A DNA stretch of 64,000 nucleotides from Takakia lepidozioides (GCA_030704615.1 CM060733.1:73532001-73596000); one strand, 5' to 3'; shown: positions 12,388 through 25,786, counted from the first letter of the stretch. Numbers and translations: made by a program. The notes: generated from the letters alone by a model not told the origin.

Positions 12388-15300
12388 GCAATGATTTCTG
12401 GAATCCCTAAGGAGGAGTTTGTGCAGCTCGTTCACGCTCAACGCCGGTGCATGAATAAAGTCATCAATAGTCACGTTCATCCTCAACCTCTTCAGGTAGA
12501 TGTAATACAGATGCTTGCACGGATAATACTTCGAACCCTTCTTTGCTTCCATCAACGAGAAGTCCGTACAATTGCAAGTCGGCTCCACTCCAATCGTAAT
12601 TGTGTATACATCGTCGCGTACAGCCGAGCCGGCCGTTGCCATCCGATACACACGCCCAAGGCCAGGTGGGGGTACGTCCACGGAGCTCTGAATAGTGCAA
12701 GCCATCCCAAGAGCATTAGCAATCCGAGTCTCATTCAACTTGTTGGGAGGGTGTCGTCTCTTCACTCTTCCGAATCGCATTGTGGGATGTGCAGAATTGT
12801 CCAATCCGTCTCTACTGGACCGAACAGTCTGCAATGGCTGGGTCTGAGGAACCGGAAATGCGTGGGCCGGGATGTCTGTGCGTTGCACCATTCGAAATCC
12901 TGCTGCAGATAGAGCATCCGCCTCATTCTAAGAGAGGCTGCAACCCGGTACAACAGGCCAGACGCCCGGAGGCTCCGGCATTCCCTGAATCCCGTACTTG
13001 GGCTTGCCAAATACACACGTCATTATGTCGTGCCTACAGAACCAAAATGTCTGCGTTGTGGCGTGAGCAAATGTGGGAGTCAAAAATCTGCCGCTGAAAC
13101 AAGGTGCAGGTACAGCACCGTGTGGGTTCCTCCGAATCATCTCACCACAGCGTGCTCTCGTATCCACCCGGATGGCGCAGCACTTCCCTTGAAATGCCGG
13201 CAATGTCCTCGCAATTCTCCACTGTGACTCCGACACTCTTGTCTCCACAATGGGAATGTTGTACTGCTTTACTACAGATGGCTCGTTATGTTGCCGGGGC
13301 ACGTGCCCTGTGCTCAAAGGAGATGGCGATCTTGAACGTGCAGGACTTGCGGTGCTCGACGAGACCTCCTCGGACAACATCACCGGACCACGAGGGAGCG
13401 TGCAAATATTCTTGTCAGCTCGCCATGAATCCTCTTCTCCGCCAGGTGCCTCGTCAAGTCTTCGTCTCACTGGACGGGTATGAACATCTCCTTCCAAATG
13501 TTGGCCTCTTCGCAGCAATGGCGTGTCCCGAAGGCCCTCTCGCAAGGCCGCCGCCCACTTCCGAGGATTCTTCGATCTAGAGGCAGTCCGCATCAGCATT
13601 TCCTGCCTGTCCGGCCCCAAGCCCCACTGTTTCCCTTTCAAGAACTCGTTGTACCTGCATTGCTGCATAATTGACCTCACAATGTCCTCCGTTGTGGCAG
13701 TGAGGATGTCCACTAGATGCGCCGCAGAGGATGCACGCCAGGAAGAGTGCACTGATTCGGCCATGTTTGTCGTGGGCATGTCGGTGTCGGAGTCGAGACA
13801 CATTTCCTGCACAAGCACATGTTTAGGTTACAAGCAAGTTACAAATATGGCCAAGAATAATATTCAACGGACGCGAATTCGTGCAACTCACCTCCCGCAT
13901 ATAGTCGCTGAACTGGAGGAAACGATAATGTCACCATGCTAGCCAACTGACCATTGCTCCCTCGTCTGATTTCCTTACAATAAACGATGTCCACCAAGCC
14001 CGTATGCATGCAAACTGTGTCTTTGCATCATCCAAGGTAGGAGCGCGCTTCCACGCAAGGCACATGGAACGGTGCTCCTCTCTGAAATTTGGCGCCACGA
14101 GCCTGGTTGTGTACTGCGAAAGGCTCTGCAGAAAATGGAACCCACAAGATCTCTCCTTGCCTTCCATGGGAACATTGGGGTCTTGCCCGTACACCCTTCG
14201 GATGGCAGCCCAATTTGCTTGTGCGTTGTCCGCCATGAAACCACGGAAATTCGGAGGGGGCAATCCCGCCTTGGCCATCTGTTCGTTTATTCCCTGCCAA
14301 AGAAGCATCTCCGATTGTGTGTCCTCTCCTTTCATCTCACAAATAGCAATTGTCATTAGCATCCTGCAGTGGGTGTCGTAGACATGTGCACCCATTGTCA
14401 CCCACTGGTGATTTGTAATTCGCTTGATATGGTCGAACATGACCCAACTGTTTGACAAGTTCCCACTCGTCATCCTGTCCACCAGTTCGACGCCGCTGCC
14501 AGGTCCACACGTGGACATTTTGAATACGAAACAACGATCTGCCTCAGTCCTTGTCCTGGAAACCTACTTCCATGAATGTAGTCATATCCACATCGTCGCT
14601 TCACCTCCAGAATGGAGTGCATATCCGAGCCACGCCCAATTTTCTGTTTGCATGAGACAATGTGGTTTCGGACATTCGGTGAACATACGTGGGACACCGA
14701 CTCCAGCAATGCCTCCATTTCCTTCTCGTCGAGAGGAACTCTATCGGAGCCGTCTTCCGACATAATTCTGGCCAATGCCATCTTATGGGCGGCTTGGAGC
14801 TGAAACTGTTTGGGTTTGGCACCCGGTCTCAACTTAACCTCCTCCTAAACGAGCTGCTCTGCTTCGTGGGCAGCCTCCCGCGAGTTCCCCTCGCCAATTT
14901 GTGACAATGGGAACCAACGTGTATGCAAGCTCGGGTGAGGTCAGGGAAACGGTGCAACACATAGAACTGCTTGGCATTACAAACAGACATGCAGTGTGGT
15001 GGTTCTTTGCAATGCGCACACTTAAATGTGGAGTTCGGAACCTTCTCCTGAGCTCGAAATGGTTGGTGAGCTGTGCCTGTCCAATCGGTCTCGTTCCTGT
15101 GACCTCTGGATTTAAAGTGGAAGCAAGTTGGGGAGAAACACCGCAACGCGCCTGCACAAACAACGTAGCGCACCCGCACACCATCGAGCATCTTCATGCT
15201 GGTGGTTTTGGTAACGCACCAAGGATGACCGTCATGTTTTCTATCCATATCTGTCAACATTCCGGACGCCCTCGAGTAGTCCGCCCAAGGAGGGAACTCA

Positions 15301-15975
15301 AAGAAGATATTACCGTCGACGTCGGTGGGAAGGCATGTAACCGATTTAATTGCGAACTTGCTGTAGTCCAGCTCGGCCAGCTCCGACCGGTGTCCCTCCA
15401 GGTGAAGCCCTCGCAGAATTTCAAGAATAGATCGAACTGCGGTGCTCGTGCTGGCAATATGACTCCCTCCTCCAACTGACGTCCATTGAGGACTTGCCTG
15501 ATCTCCAGGACGACCTCGGAACTTCCATGACCTCGTCTGAGTCGGACAGGTTGTGAACAACCCGGTTCTCGCTCGTCTTCATGGATGGGTTCGGCTCTGG
15601 ATTTACTTCGTTGCGGACTTCTCTCTTTGAGGTAGCCACTCTCTGATTCGCGGATTGTTTCGTGGAAGGCGCCAGGATAGAAGGTGCATTTGGCGGGCAA
15701 ATGAAGTCCCCAACAGCCCTGTATATGACGTTGTCCAATGGTAGAACTCGCCATTCCCTGCCATCGCCGAAATCATCGTGGAGCACAACAATACTCTCGA
15801 CAACAAGGCCGTTAGAGTCCTTCCTTTCCTCCTCCAAAAAAACCGACCCCGGTTTCAAGTGGTATCGAACGTACAGATATTTCTCCATCACTCGGCAGGT
15901 GTCCCCTCTGCACGGAAATGAAGCTCTATGCTCGTGAGGAGGGCAGTACACTGTAGTGCTCGGGTTTTCCGCCAT
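12388..15975 (-). pseudogene. MULE-1 transposase (GCM-like, DDE, SWIM), full-length but disrupted
   Basis: DGHPWC..CAGALRC..C..CAHC..C..HVGSHCH; WVMFDHIKR, FMADNAQA, SCGFH, TNMAESVH; SWIM CNCTDF..PCKHLYY. Stops at 12928, 13931 and 14829, plus frameshifts. Confidence 0.9.
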
Positions 15976-16249
15976 GGGAGATGTGCACACAAGACTGCCA
16001 GGATGGCGTGCGGGGAAGCTCCCTGGTAGAAGGGGGATGCAGCGATGGGAATGAATGCGATGCCGATTTGTCCGAGCGACGAAGCCTGATCCAAATCCAG
16101 GGAGCCAACTATCTCAAAAATCCAAAGTCAGAGTGTTAATGAACCTTGTCTCCGGAATGCGGCCCCTGCTCTTTGCGCAATAACTGCCAACGGTATGCAG
16201 TCAGAAAGTGGGGGGCCGTCCGGATGATGACGGCTGAAGGGGAGAAGCC

Positions 16250-18010
16250 GGCACCGTGCCGTCACATTACTACCCCCGAATAGAAATTCGGCACCCAATA
16301 TCCAACAGGGGAAGCCCGGATGAAGTCGCCTCGGGTGCAGAGGCCGGCGCGTGTGCGACAGAGAACATCCCCTGGATGAAGATTCGGCGCCGAATTTCCA
16401 TCCGGGCCCCCCAAAGGAAGTCGTGTCGGGGGGTCAGGCCGAAAACTGGCCGGCATAAAAACATCCCCAGATGGAAAAACGGCGCCGAATTTCCATCCGG
16501 GGCGGTTCGGATGCAGTCGGGGAGGGGGGAGAGGCCGGCACTTGGCCGTCACATTTCAACCCCCAGACGGAAATTCGGCACCAAATATCGAACAGGGGAC
16601 GCCCGGATGAAGTCGCCTCAGGCGTAGAGGTCGGCACGTGTTCGACAAAGAGCATCCCCTGGATAGAGATTCGGCGCCGAATTTCCATCCGGGCCCCCCC
16701 AAAGGAAGTCTTGTCGGGGGGTCAGACCGAAAACTGGCCGACATAAAAACCTCCCCAGATGGGAAAACGGCGCCGAATTTCAATCCGGGTTCGAATTACC
16801 TGCAGTCGGGGAGGGGGGAGAGGTCGACACCTGGCCGTCATATTTCAACCGCCGGACGGAAATTCGGCACCGAATATCCCACAGAGCGGCGGAGAGGCCG
16901 GCACCTCTCCGACAGAGACCATCCCCCGGATGGAAATTCGGCGCCGAATTTCCATCCAGCAGGTAAGTGGAATCCCGGATGGATGGAAATTCGGCGCCAA
17001 ATTTCCATCCTGCAGGTAATTCGAATCCCGGATGAATGGAAATTCGGCGCCGAATTTCCATCCAGCAGGGAAGTGGAATCCCGGATGGATGGAAATCCGG
17101 CGTCGAATTTCCATCCAGCAGGTAAGTGGAATCCCGGATGGATCGAAATTCGGCGCCGAATTTCCATCCTGCAGGTAATTCGAATCCCGGATGAATGGAA
17201 ATTCGGCGCCGAATTTCCATCCAGCAGGTAAGTGGAATCCCGGATGGATGGAAATCCGGCGCCGAATTTCCATCCAGCAGGTAAGTCGGATCGCTGGCGT
17301 ATGGATATTCGGAGCTGAATTTCCATTCGCCAGGTATTTCATCGCTCAGAATTACCTTCCTGCAGGTAATTCTGGTCGATGAATTACCTTCCTGCAGGTA
17401 ATTCCTATCGATGAAGGTTGGAAGGTAATTCCTCGCTCAGAATTCTCCCAGAAGAGAATTACCTGCAGGAAGGTAATTCTCATCTGGGAATTACCTGCCG
17501 GATGGAAATGCGGCGCCGGATCTCCATCCATCCGCTCTCCGCCCAACCTTGCGGATGGAAATCCGGCGCCGGATTTCCATCCATCCGCTTCTGAATTACC
17601 TGCGTGAGGGAAATTTGGCGCGCCGCCCTACCTGCGCGGATGGAAATCCGGCGCCGGATTTCCATCAGCGCGCTTCTGAATTACCTGCGTGAGGGATATT
17701 TGGCGCGCCGCCCTACCTGCGCGGATGGAAATCCGGCGCCGGATTTCCATCCGCGCGCTTCCGAATTACCTGCGTGAGGGAAATTTGGCGCGCCGCCCTA
17801 CCTGCGCGGATGGAAATCCGGCGTCGGATTTCCATCCGCGCGTTTCTGAATTACTTGCGTGAGGGAAATTTCTAGCGCCGCCCTACCTTGCTGGATGGAA
17901 ATTCGGCGCTGAATTTCCATCCTGCTGCGCTCCGAATTACCTGCAGGATGGAAATCCGGCGCCGATATTCCATCGTGCAGCGCTCCGAATTACCTCTACG
18001 TTGGAAATTT
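16250..18010. repeat. Central intergenic array of palindromic GATGGAAATTCGGCGCCGAATTTCCATC units (nested ~300, ~45/90 and ~89-bp periods)
   Basis: Dozens of cores readable directly. Lies between the divergent transposase and ParB-MTase genes. Confidence 0.9.
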
Positions 18011-18224
18011 CGGGCCTGTTTACGTCGATTTTCATCCGACATGGAGGGCTTCATCCGACATTTAATTGCGCAGTTGGGCAATAAATGTCGACCGCCGTCG
18101 GTTATCATTCGGGCTGGCGACGCATGGCTTCCTGGACACGTACCCTAAATCTCATGCTAATCTTGGCTTAACATGCTATTCGAGGCATGTACCCCAAAAA
18201 AAAAGATCTTTTTGGCTGGGACTT

Positions 18225-21200
18225 ATGCCGCCTGAAGGGCGTGGCTCTCCTGAGAGAGACCTCACATCCAGACCGCGGTGGAAGTTGAAAGCTCTGTACT
18301 ACGGACGACGGCCAATCTCTCGCATGGCCAAACTGAAGCTCCAGCAGGAGATTCCAGTGTCTTGCTCACAACCATCGCGGGCAAGAGCAGCCCCCGCAAT
18401 TACCCATACGGTGGAGAGTGGAGGAGAGGAAAGAACACCTGAAAGAGCACGGATTGTGCAAGTTCGAGGTGAAGCCAGGGAGAGGGCAGTAGAGACGAGG
18501 AGAGTGCTGGAGGTGGTTTCGCAGGTGGCTGACCCTGTTGAGGAGGACGACAGGGAGCTTTCTGACCAGGATGACATCCTCCCTGACATCCCCAGGCCCC
18601 AAACCCGGAGCATACAGGCTGGATTTGGCGGTCCTGGTGGGCTGCCGGAAAACCCCTCTGCAGCAGACGTCATGTCTGAGGCGGATATGAAGTTGGCCGC
18701 TGCCAAGATGTTGGAGGCAACCCACAGCAATATTGGCAGGGTGCTGGGGGGCATGGTGTACCCGGCCAAGCTTTGAATTCCCCTTTGCCGCTTGGTGTCA
18801 TTGCAGGTGGTGAGACCTGCCCTCCCAGGCGATATCGACAAGCTGAAATTCTCTTTCCGGGATGGATATCGAATGGGGTTTGCCGCGTTTTACGTTTCCA
18901 TTGAGAACGACCACGGAGCTTCCCGTGCCCACACTTCCGATGAGGTGGGCAAATGGGGTCCCCATTGGCAAACGCGAAATGAGGAGTTCGAGAGATCGAT
19001 TGCTAGTGATCCTCTTTTCCAGCACTTGTCCGGTAAGATGTTCTACGTGTGGGATGGCAATCATCGCCTCCTGGCATGGATGGAGCACATTGCCCAAGCC
19101 CACCCCAACGACCTCGATTGGCATTTCGCCGTGGATTGTGTTGTGCTGAAGGTTGCGGGGCCCAAAGATCGCAGTCTTCTCAAAGCTGCAATGGCCGACA
19201 TCAACTCGTAAGCTACAACCCCTCTCGTTTTTGGACTTTGAATTTGGAAGTCATTTCATTGCGAATCCTCATATATGATGGAAATTCCCATTTCAGTATT
19301 GTTTGATGGAAATGTGGCACTGCAGGGTGACTGAGAATGCCTTCATTGCCACCAACTTGTCCCATATGCTCTTCCGAGTGAAGGATGTCGGGAAGCAGGG
19401 GGTGCAAGAGTTTGCCAATTCCCTCAGTGCCGACCTCCTGCGCAAGTCGGAGGCAAAGGCAGACAGAACCTGGTATAGGCTGAGCGTCGACGCCATGGTG
19501 GACTACATATTTCGGGTAAAGCTCCTGACAGTTTTGTTGAGCTAATCTGTCTCTCCTCCCCCAATAGAAGAAATTGTGTTGAGCAGGATCTCTAATCTTA
19601 TGTGCGCATTCTTGACAGACGAAAATACAGCAGGATTTGGCACATGCGCGGAGGTTCTACATGGAGTCAGAGGAGAAGAATCCAACCCTCCCGGAACTCG
19701 AATCGTATGTCAAAGCTGCGGAGGTGAGGGCCCGCATAAAGTACAAGTCGCGGATGGTAAAGTACGTGGCCATAGCTGATCCCGCCCTTGGTGCCGACTT
19801 TCTGGTGGAGGTGGGGAAGCACTACTCTCGCGCTTTGAAGCCCACGATGACATTGGAGAAGCTCCATCGTCTAGCCACATCGTGTGTGGATGCAACAGAA
19901 AAGGTGATACATTCTTAACCAAATTGTGGTGGCAACAACTTCTTTTTGTGGTGTTTGGCGCTTACGAATATGCTGGGTGGTTGGACAGACCCGGTGGCTC
20001 CAAATCTGGAATGGTTCCCAAAGTACCAGGGACATGTGGAGCTTCCCCAAACCGGACAAACTCTCTGACCCCACATTCGACATGTGGATGAACCGCATGA
20101 CATGGTGGTTTCAGGTACTTCCCCACGCTTCGTTTGGGGCTTCTACTCTAGTAGGGGGTGGATTCATTGTATTTTTCCAAGAAAGCGATCTGATGGAGAA
20201 TCTCCACAGGTGACGACGAATGCGCAAGAGCAGCTGGACACACAAGCACATCAGTTCAAGATGGAGATATCTCCTGCAGCAGAGAGCCTACGTGACTATG
20301 TGACGAGGTACTTTCTGCTCTACAAAACCAACCTATTCTTTCGGGAGATAGCAGATGCTCGCCGGAGCCACGAGTTCACCGACCAGCCGAACGCGGACAA
20401 AGCAGCAATGCGCCTTCTGTACAGGTACATACGCGCTGCCTTTCTTTCAAGTCCTTGCATTTCAGGATGTTAGAGGCCTCAAGTGGTGTTAGGGAAAATG
20501 GCGCCGAATTTCCAATCAGGGCTCCGAAAATGGCTAAGTCCCTAGACTGGCTGGCCCGGAACTGGAAATTCGGCGCCATTTTCCAGTTCCAGGCCCTATT
20601 GCCGTTCAGGGACTTAGCCATTTTCGGGCTAAGTCCCTAGGGTGGCTGGCCCTGAATTGGAAATTCGGCGCCATTTTCTAGTTGTAGGCCCTATTGCCGT
20701 TCAGGGACTTAGCCATTTTCGGGCTAAGTCCCTAGGGTGGCTAGCCCGGAACTGGAAATTCGGCGCCGTTTTCCAGTTCTAGGCCCTATTGCCGTCCAGG
20801 GACTTAGCCATTTTCGGGCTAAGTCCCTAGGGTGGCTGGCCCGGAACTGGAAATTCGGCGCCGTTTTCCAGTTCTAGGCCCTATTGCCGTCCAGGGACTT
20901 AGCCATTTTCGGGCTAAGTCGCTAGACTGGCTGGCCCTGAACTGGAAATTCGGCGCCATTTTCCAGTTCCAGGCCCTATTGCCGTTCAGGGACTTAGCCA
21001 TTTTCGGGCTAAGTCCCTAGACTGGCTGGCCCTGAAGTGGAAATTCGGCGCCATTTTCCAATTGTAGGCCCTATTGCCGTTCAGGGACTTAGCCATTTTC
21101 GGGCTAAGTCCCTAGGGTGGCTGGCCCGGAACTGGAAATTCGGCGCCATTTTCCAGTTCTAGGCCCTATTGCCGTTCACGGACTTAGCCATTTTCGGGCT

Positions 21201-22366
21201 AAGTCCCTAGGGTGGCTGGACCTGAACTGGAAATTCGGCGCCATTTTTCCAGTTCTAGGCCCTATTGCGGTTCTGGGACTTGGCCATCTTCGGGCCAAAC
21301 CGGGAAAAATGGCGCCGAATTTCCATTTCAGGGCTTCCAAGATGGCTAAGTCCCTAGGGTGGCACTCACCGAAAACCGAAATTCGGCGCCATTTTTCCAT
21401 TTCTAGGCCCACTCACATCCGCCCCAACCTGGGAAAATGGTGTCGAATATGCATTTCAGGGACCTCATTGTGTTTTTCATGAATGCAGGTACTGCAAGTT
21501 CTCCCTTTTGGAGAAAGGTCATCTGTCTTTCGAGCCACCATTCTTCCTGGCATGGAGGAACCCTGGGGCTGACTCCATGTACACTGACGATATTGTGAAG
21601 GAGTGGCATCTGGAACATTTGCGTGATTGCCCTTGGTATGTGGACCTTCCGCCCGGCTCGCTCGACCCATCCGAGTTTCAATTGAAGCTGGATGCTGAAT
21701 TCCGACGAAACCGGGCTCCGCTGCCTCCGTTGGGTGCAAAAGAGGCAAATGCGCTTGCAAACTCCAGGAAAGCGGCAGAGCTTGCTCAGGCAGGAATTCA
21801 GGAGAAATTGCATGAGAAGAGTAAAGGCCAAAGGAAAAGGACAAGGAAACAGGTGAGTGCAGTAACACCCAAAAAGAAGAAAACCATCGGGGCATCGGAG
21901 GAGGCGCAGGAGGGGACCCAAGAGAGTGACTCGGATGACGACTTTGTTCAAGGTCCTGCCATTGCTGTTGCTCCTACCCAGTCACCGGTCGTCCGGGTTC
22001 CCAAGTCAGTTCGGAGTGGGACTGGCTCTGCCAAGAAGTTGGCATTTGAGGGCGAGCCTACACGGCGGTATTCGGCGGTGACGTTTACGCACAGGCCAAA
22101 GCTAGAACCTCCAACCATCATCCAATGCGTCGATGAGAGCTTCCTTGACGCTCTCGCTGCCAGGGCGAAGAAGGTGGCACACAACAAGTCTCTGGCGGAG
22201 CAGAAAGGGAAAGCCAAGAAGAGGGCTGGCGGTACAGAGCCTAAAGACACCCCTGGTTTTGAAGCCATGATGGAATTCTTCACGGCTGTGAGCACGAATT
22301 GCAAGAGCACTCGGGGGGGGGTTGAGGTGGAGAGAGCTTGCGACATGATTCTCCTCGACATTCCAG
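18225..22366 (+). pseudogene. ParB-methyltransferase-like gene (copy B2), truncated at the DIP motif
   Basis: IPLCRLVSLQVVRPAL...FYVWDGNHRLLAW (DGNHR at 19053-19067). GT-AG exons match copy A. CGA>TGA stop at 18774. Confidence 0.75.
20490..21450. repeat. Intronic 95-bp tandem hairpin array (~8 units) within intron 20425-21488
   Basis: GGGCTAAGTC at 20626, 20721, 20816, 20911, 21006, 21101 and 21196. Confidence 0.95.
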
Positions 22367-24800
22367 TTCACAGAAGCAGTATTGGACACTGTGGCAGGCC
22401 ATGAGATGTACTCATTCATGGATGGCTTCAGTGGTTATAATCAAGTGCAAGTGGCAGAAGAAGACCAGGGAAAGATAGCTTTCATCACAGACTGGGGTGC
22501 TTATACATACAAAGTTATGCCCTTTGGATTTTGTAATGCACCAGCAACCTTTCAGAGAGTGATAAGTGAATCTTTTCATGAGTATCTGGATGATTTCATG
22601 CAGGTGTTCTTCGATGATTTCAGTGTGTACAGCTCTAAGAATGAGCACTTGCATAAATTGGAGTTATGTCTGGCCAGATGCAGGATGAGAGGTCTGGGCC
22701 TGAATCCAGAGAAGTGTACTTTCTGTGTGAACTCAGGGGTGCTTCTGGGACACATTGTGTGTAAGAGGGGACTTCTTGTGGATCCCAGGAAGACAGAGGC
22801 CATTAAAGCCTCTCCACCACCAGTAAATGTTAAGAGTCTAAGGAGATTCTTTGGACAAACCAGCTATTACAGAAGATTTGTCAGACGGTATGCACAGATA
22901 GCATCACCATTGAGCAAACTTCTAAAGAAAGATGCAGTGTTTGCATGGACACCTGAATGTCAACAGGCTTTTGAGGAACTTACATTGTCAGTAACAACTA
23001 CACCTGTGCTGATTAATCCTCACTGGCAGGAAATATTTCATGTTCACTGTGATGCTTCAGGAGAAGCAATGAGAGCAGTGTTAGCCCACTATGCTAGCCG
23101 ATTGATGAACAATGCCAAAAGAAATTATAGCACAACGGAAAGAGAAGCATTGGCAATGATCTATGCAGTGAAGAAATTCAGGTATTACCTGTTGGGCAAG
23201 AAGTTTATGTTCTATGTGGATCACCAGGCTCTGATATACCTAGTAAACAAACCTCTGATAAGCGGAAGAATAGCAAGATGGTTGATAATCTTGCACGAGT
23301 TTGAGTTCGAGGTTGTTTACAAGCCTGGGAGGCTGCATCTTGTGGCGGATCACTTGTCACGGTTATCAACAGAAGAACCAGCCACGGGAGTAGATGATCA
23401 ATTACCAGATGCGAGTCTATTTGCAGTGGAGGTTCAGGGAAGTGCAGATGACTGGTTAGATTGGCAGTGGCCAATCAGATACTACCTTGCTCATGGTCAG
23501 TGCCCACCAAGTTATGGAAAGGAGCAGAGAAAGAGAATTGCTATCAAGGCTCTACCTTATACTATGGTAGGAAGCAGAATGTATAAGCTAGGACCAGATG
23601 GAGTGCTGAAGCGATGCTTATACCACCATGAAGTTAATAAAGTTTTGGAGGAAGTTCATAAAGGAGTGGCAGGAGGTCATTTTGGAGAAGAGACTACCAG
23701 TAGGAAGATACTACATGCCGGTTACTGGTGGCCTACTTTGTTCAAAGATGTACACAAGTATTGTCAGAGTTGTGATGAATGTTAGAGGCTAGGACCTTTG
23801 TAGAGATCTGGGAAGATGGCTTTACATCCTACAATGCCTACGGAACCATTTCAGAAATGGGGACTAGACTTTGTTGGACCAATTAACCCACCAGCCAAGA
23901 ATACACATAACAGGTACATAATTACAGCCACTAATTATACTACGAAGTGGGTGGAAGCTAAAGCTTTGAGGGACAACACAGCCAAGTCCACAGCAAGGTT
24001 CCTGTATGAGAACATACTTACACGATTTGGCTGTCCCATGGAATTTATCAGTGACCTGGGAAGTCACTACATCAATGAGACCATAGAACTTTTAACTAAG
24101 GAGTTCATGATTGTGCATAAGAAGAGCACAACATATTACCCATAGGATAATGGGCAGGCAGAGGCTACCAGCAAAATACTATGTACTATCTTGGCTAAGA
24201 TAGTCAATGCAAACAGAACAGATTGGGATACAAAGTTGCTGACAGCTTTGTGGTCATACAGGACTTCATATAAAGTCACCACTAAGTATACACCATTCCA
24301 ATTGGTTTATGGTATGGAAGCTTTACTTCCAGTGGAATTCCTGTTACCTACCATGAGAACGGAATGGGGAAAGAGAATGGAATTGCAAGATTCAATTAAG
24401 GTCAGGAAACATGAATTATACCATGTGGAAGAAGTACGTGCTGATGCAGATGATAATATGACCAGAATTCAGATGAAGAGGAAAGAACAGTTTGATGAAG
24501 GCAAGTTAAAGACTTTTAAGACGGGAGATTTGGTTCTCTGGTTGCAGAAGAAGGGAAAGATTAAAGCTTCTAAGCTTAAATCACCATGGAAAAGACCTTA
24601 TGTCATACAGAAGATGTATGATAACAACACCGCCATGTTACAAACCAATAACAAAGAGATGCTGGGAAGAGTTAATGCCAATAAGTTGAAGGGGTACAGT
24701 GGTATCCATGACAAACCATTGCAGCATGATTTGCATGTTGAAACGCAGAAGCAGTCACGGGCTGCGCAAGTGATACCAACGGAGTATGGAGCACTTGTCG
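22367..24800 (+). pseudogene. pol: pol (RT-RNase H-integrase) of gypsy copy Y
   Basis: YSFMDGFSGYNQ, VFFDDFSVYS, HVHCDASG, NYSTTERE, H..AGGH..CQSCDEC, WGLDFVGP, FISDLGSHY, KRPY. In-frame stops present. Confidence 0.92.
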
Positions 24801-24840
24801 CTAGGCCGAGCGTATATGACCAGGGCGGGCAGTACAAGTG

Positions 24841-25080
24841 TGGCACAGCCTATCACAGCCCATCACGGCGCGACACAGCCTATCACAACCTATCACGGCG
24901 CGACACAGCATATCACAGCCCATCACGGCGCAACACAGCTTATCACAGCCCATCACAGTGCGACACAGCCTATCACAACCTACCACAGCGTGTCACAGCC
25001 TATCACAGCTTACCACAGTGCAACACAGCCTATCACAGCGTACCACAGTATGACACAGCCTGTCACAGCTCAACACAGCT
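24841..25080 (+). repeat. 8 x 30-bp tandem repeat (24 x 10-bp NNNCACAGCC subunits), read in frame as TAYHS-like decapeptides
   Basis: Direct reading: cgacacagcc tatcacagcc catcacggcg and variants. Confidence 0.95.
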
Positions 25081-25786
25081 TACTGGGGTTACACAGTCCA
25101 TAGAATCCGTGACAGGTGGACGTGGGTTAACATCCGGACAGTGGCCGGCAGAAAAGTGGACGGAGGCACATTTAAAAATAGACACGTGGACGCCATGGCG
25201 AGACACACAGCCGGACATGGATTGCAAGAACGACTGTCATCAAGGAAAAAGACAAAATTGGCCGTCAAAGTACCTACCCGGCACATTAACTTATTATGGG
25301 CCCATTAATGCATACAGGGAAAGGGTAACGGAACCCTTTAAAAGTACCAAAAAATGAAATCCATGTCACATGTGCTATCCTAGTGGACAGTCCAGAGTGG
25401 AAAATCCATGGAAGGAAATAAAATCTAAAATCCAGTCACAGCAGTTACAGCCAATCATAAGCCAGAAGCAGGATCAAGAAAAAGGAGGGATTTTAAGCGC
25501 AAGAGTCGGCGTCGTTCCAAGTAACGGGCGTCTCGACGGGACAAACCATCAATGCTATAGCTTTGAAGCTATGGAGGAACTTACAGACTATACGCTCGCG
25601 ATACTACTTACGCAGTGGCACGGGGATAGAAGAACAGAGAGTGTCTTTTCTCTTAATCGATGCTTGCAAGCCCCGCAGGCTTACAAGAAATTACCCATAG
25701 CATTTTGTGGCAACCATACGTTTATGCTTTGTGCACTGCAGGCATTTCTTCAATTGTTACAGCCAAAATCTTCTGTGGGTCTAGAA

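Larger units (their letters stand above)
12185..22366 (+). mobile_element. MULE-1 copy B2, both termini lost
   Basis: Collinear with copies C and A from the left subterminal array to the DIP motif. About 1-kb deletion at ~18372. Ends at a gypsy RT junction. Confidence 0.9.

Noticed and set aside
16250-18010. Palindromic ~30-bp repeats resembling a CRISPR array
   Set aside because: The intervening sequences are themselves repeated rather than unique spacers, there are no cas genes, and the context is a spliced eukaryotic transposon.
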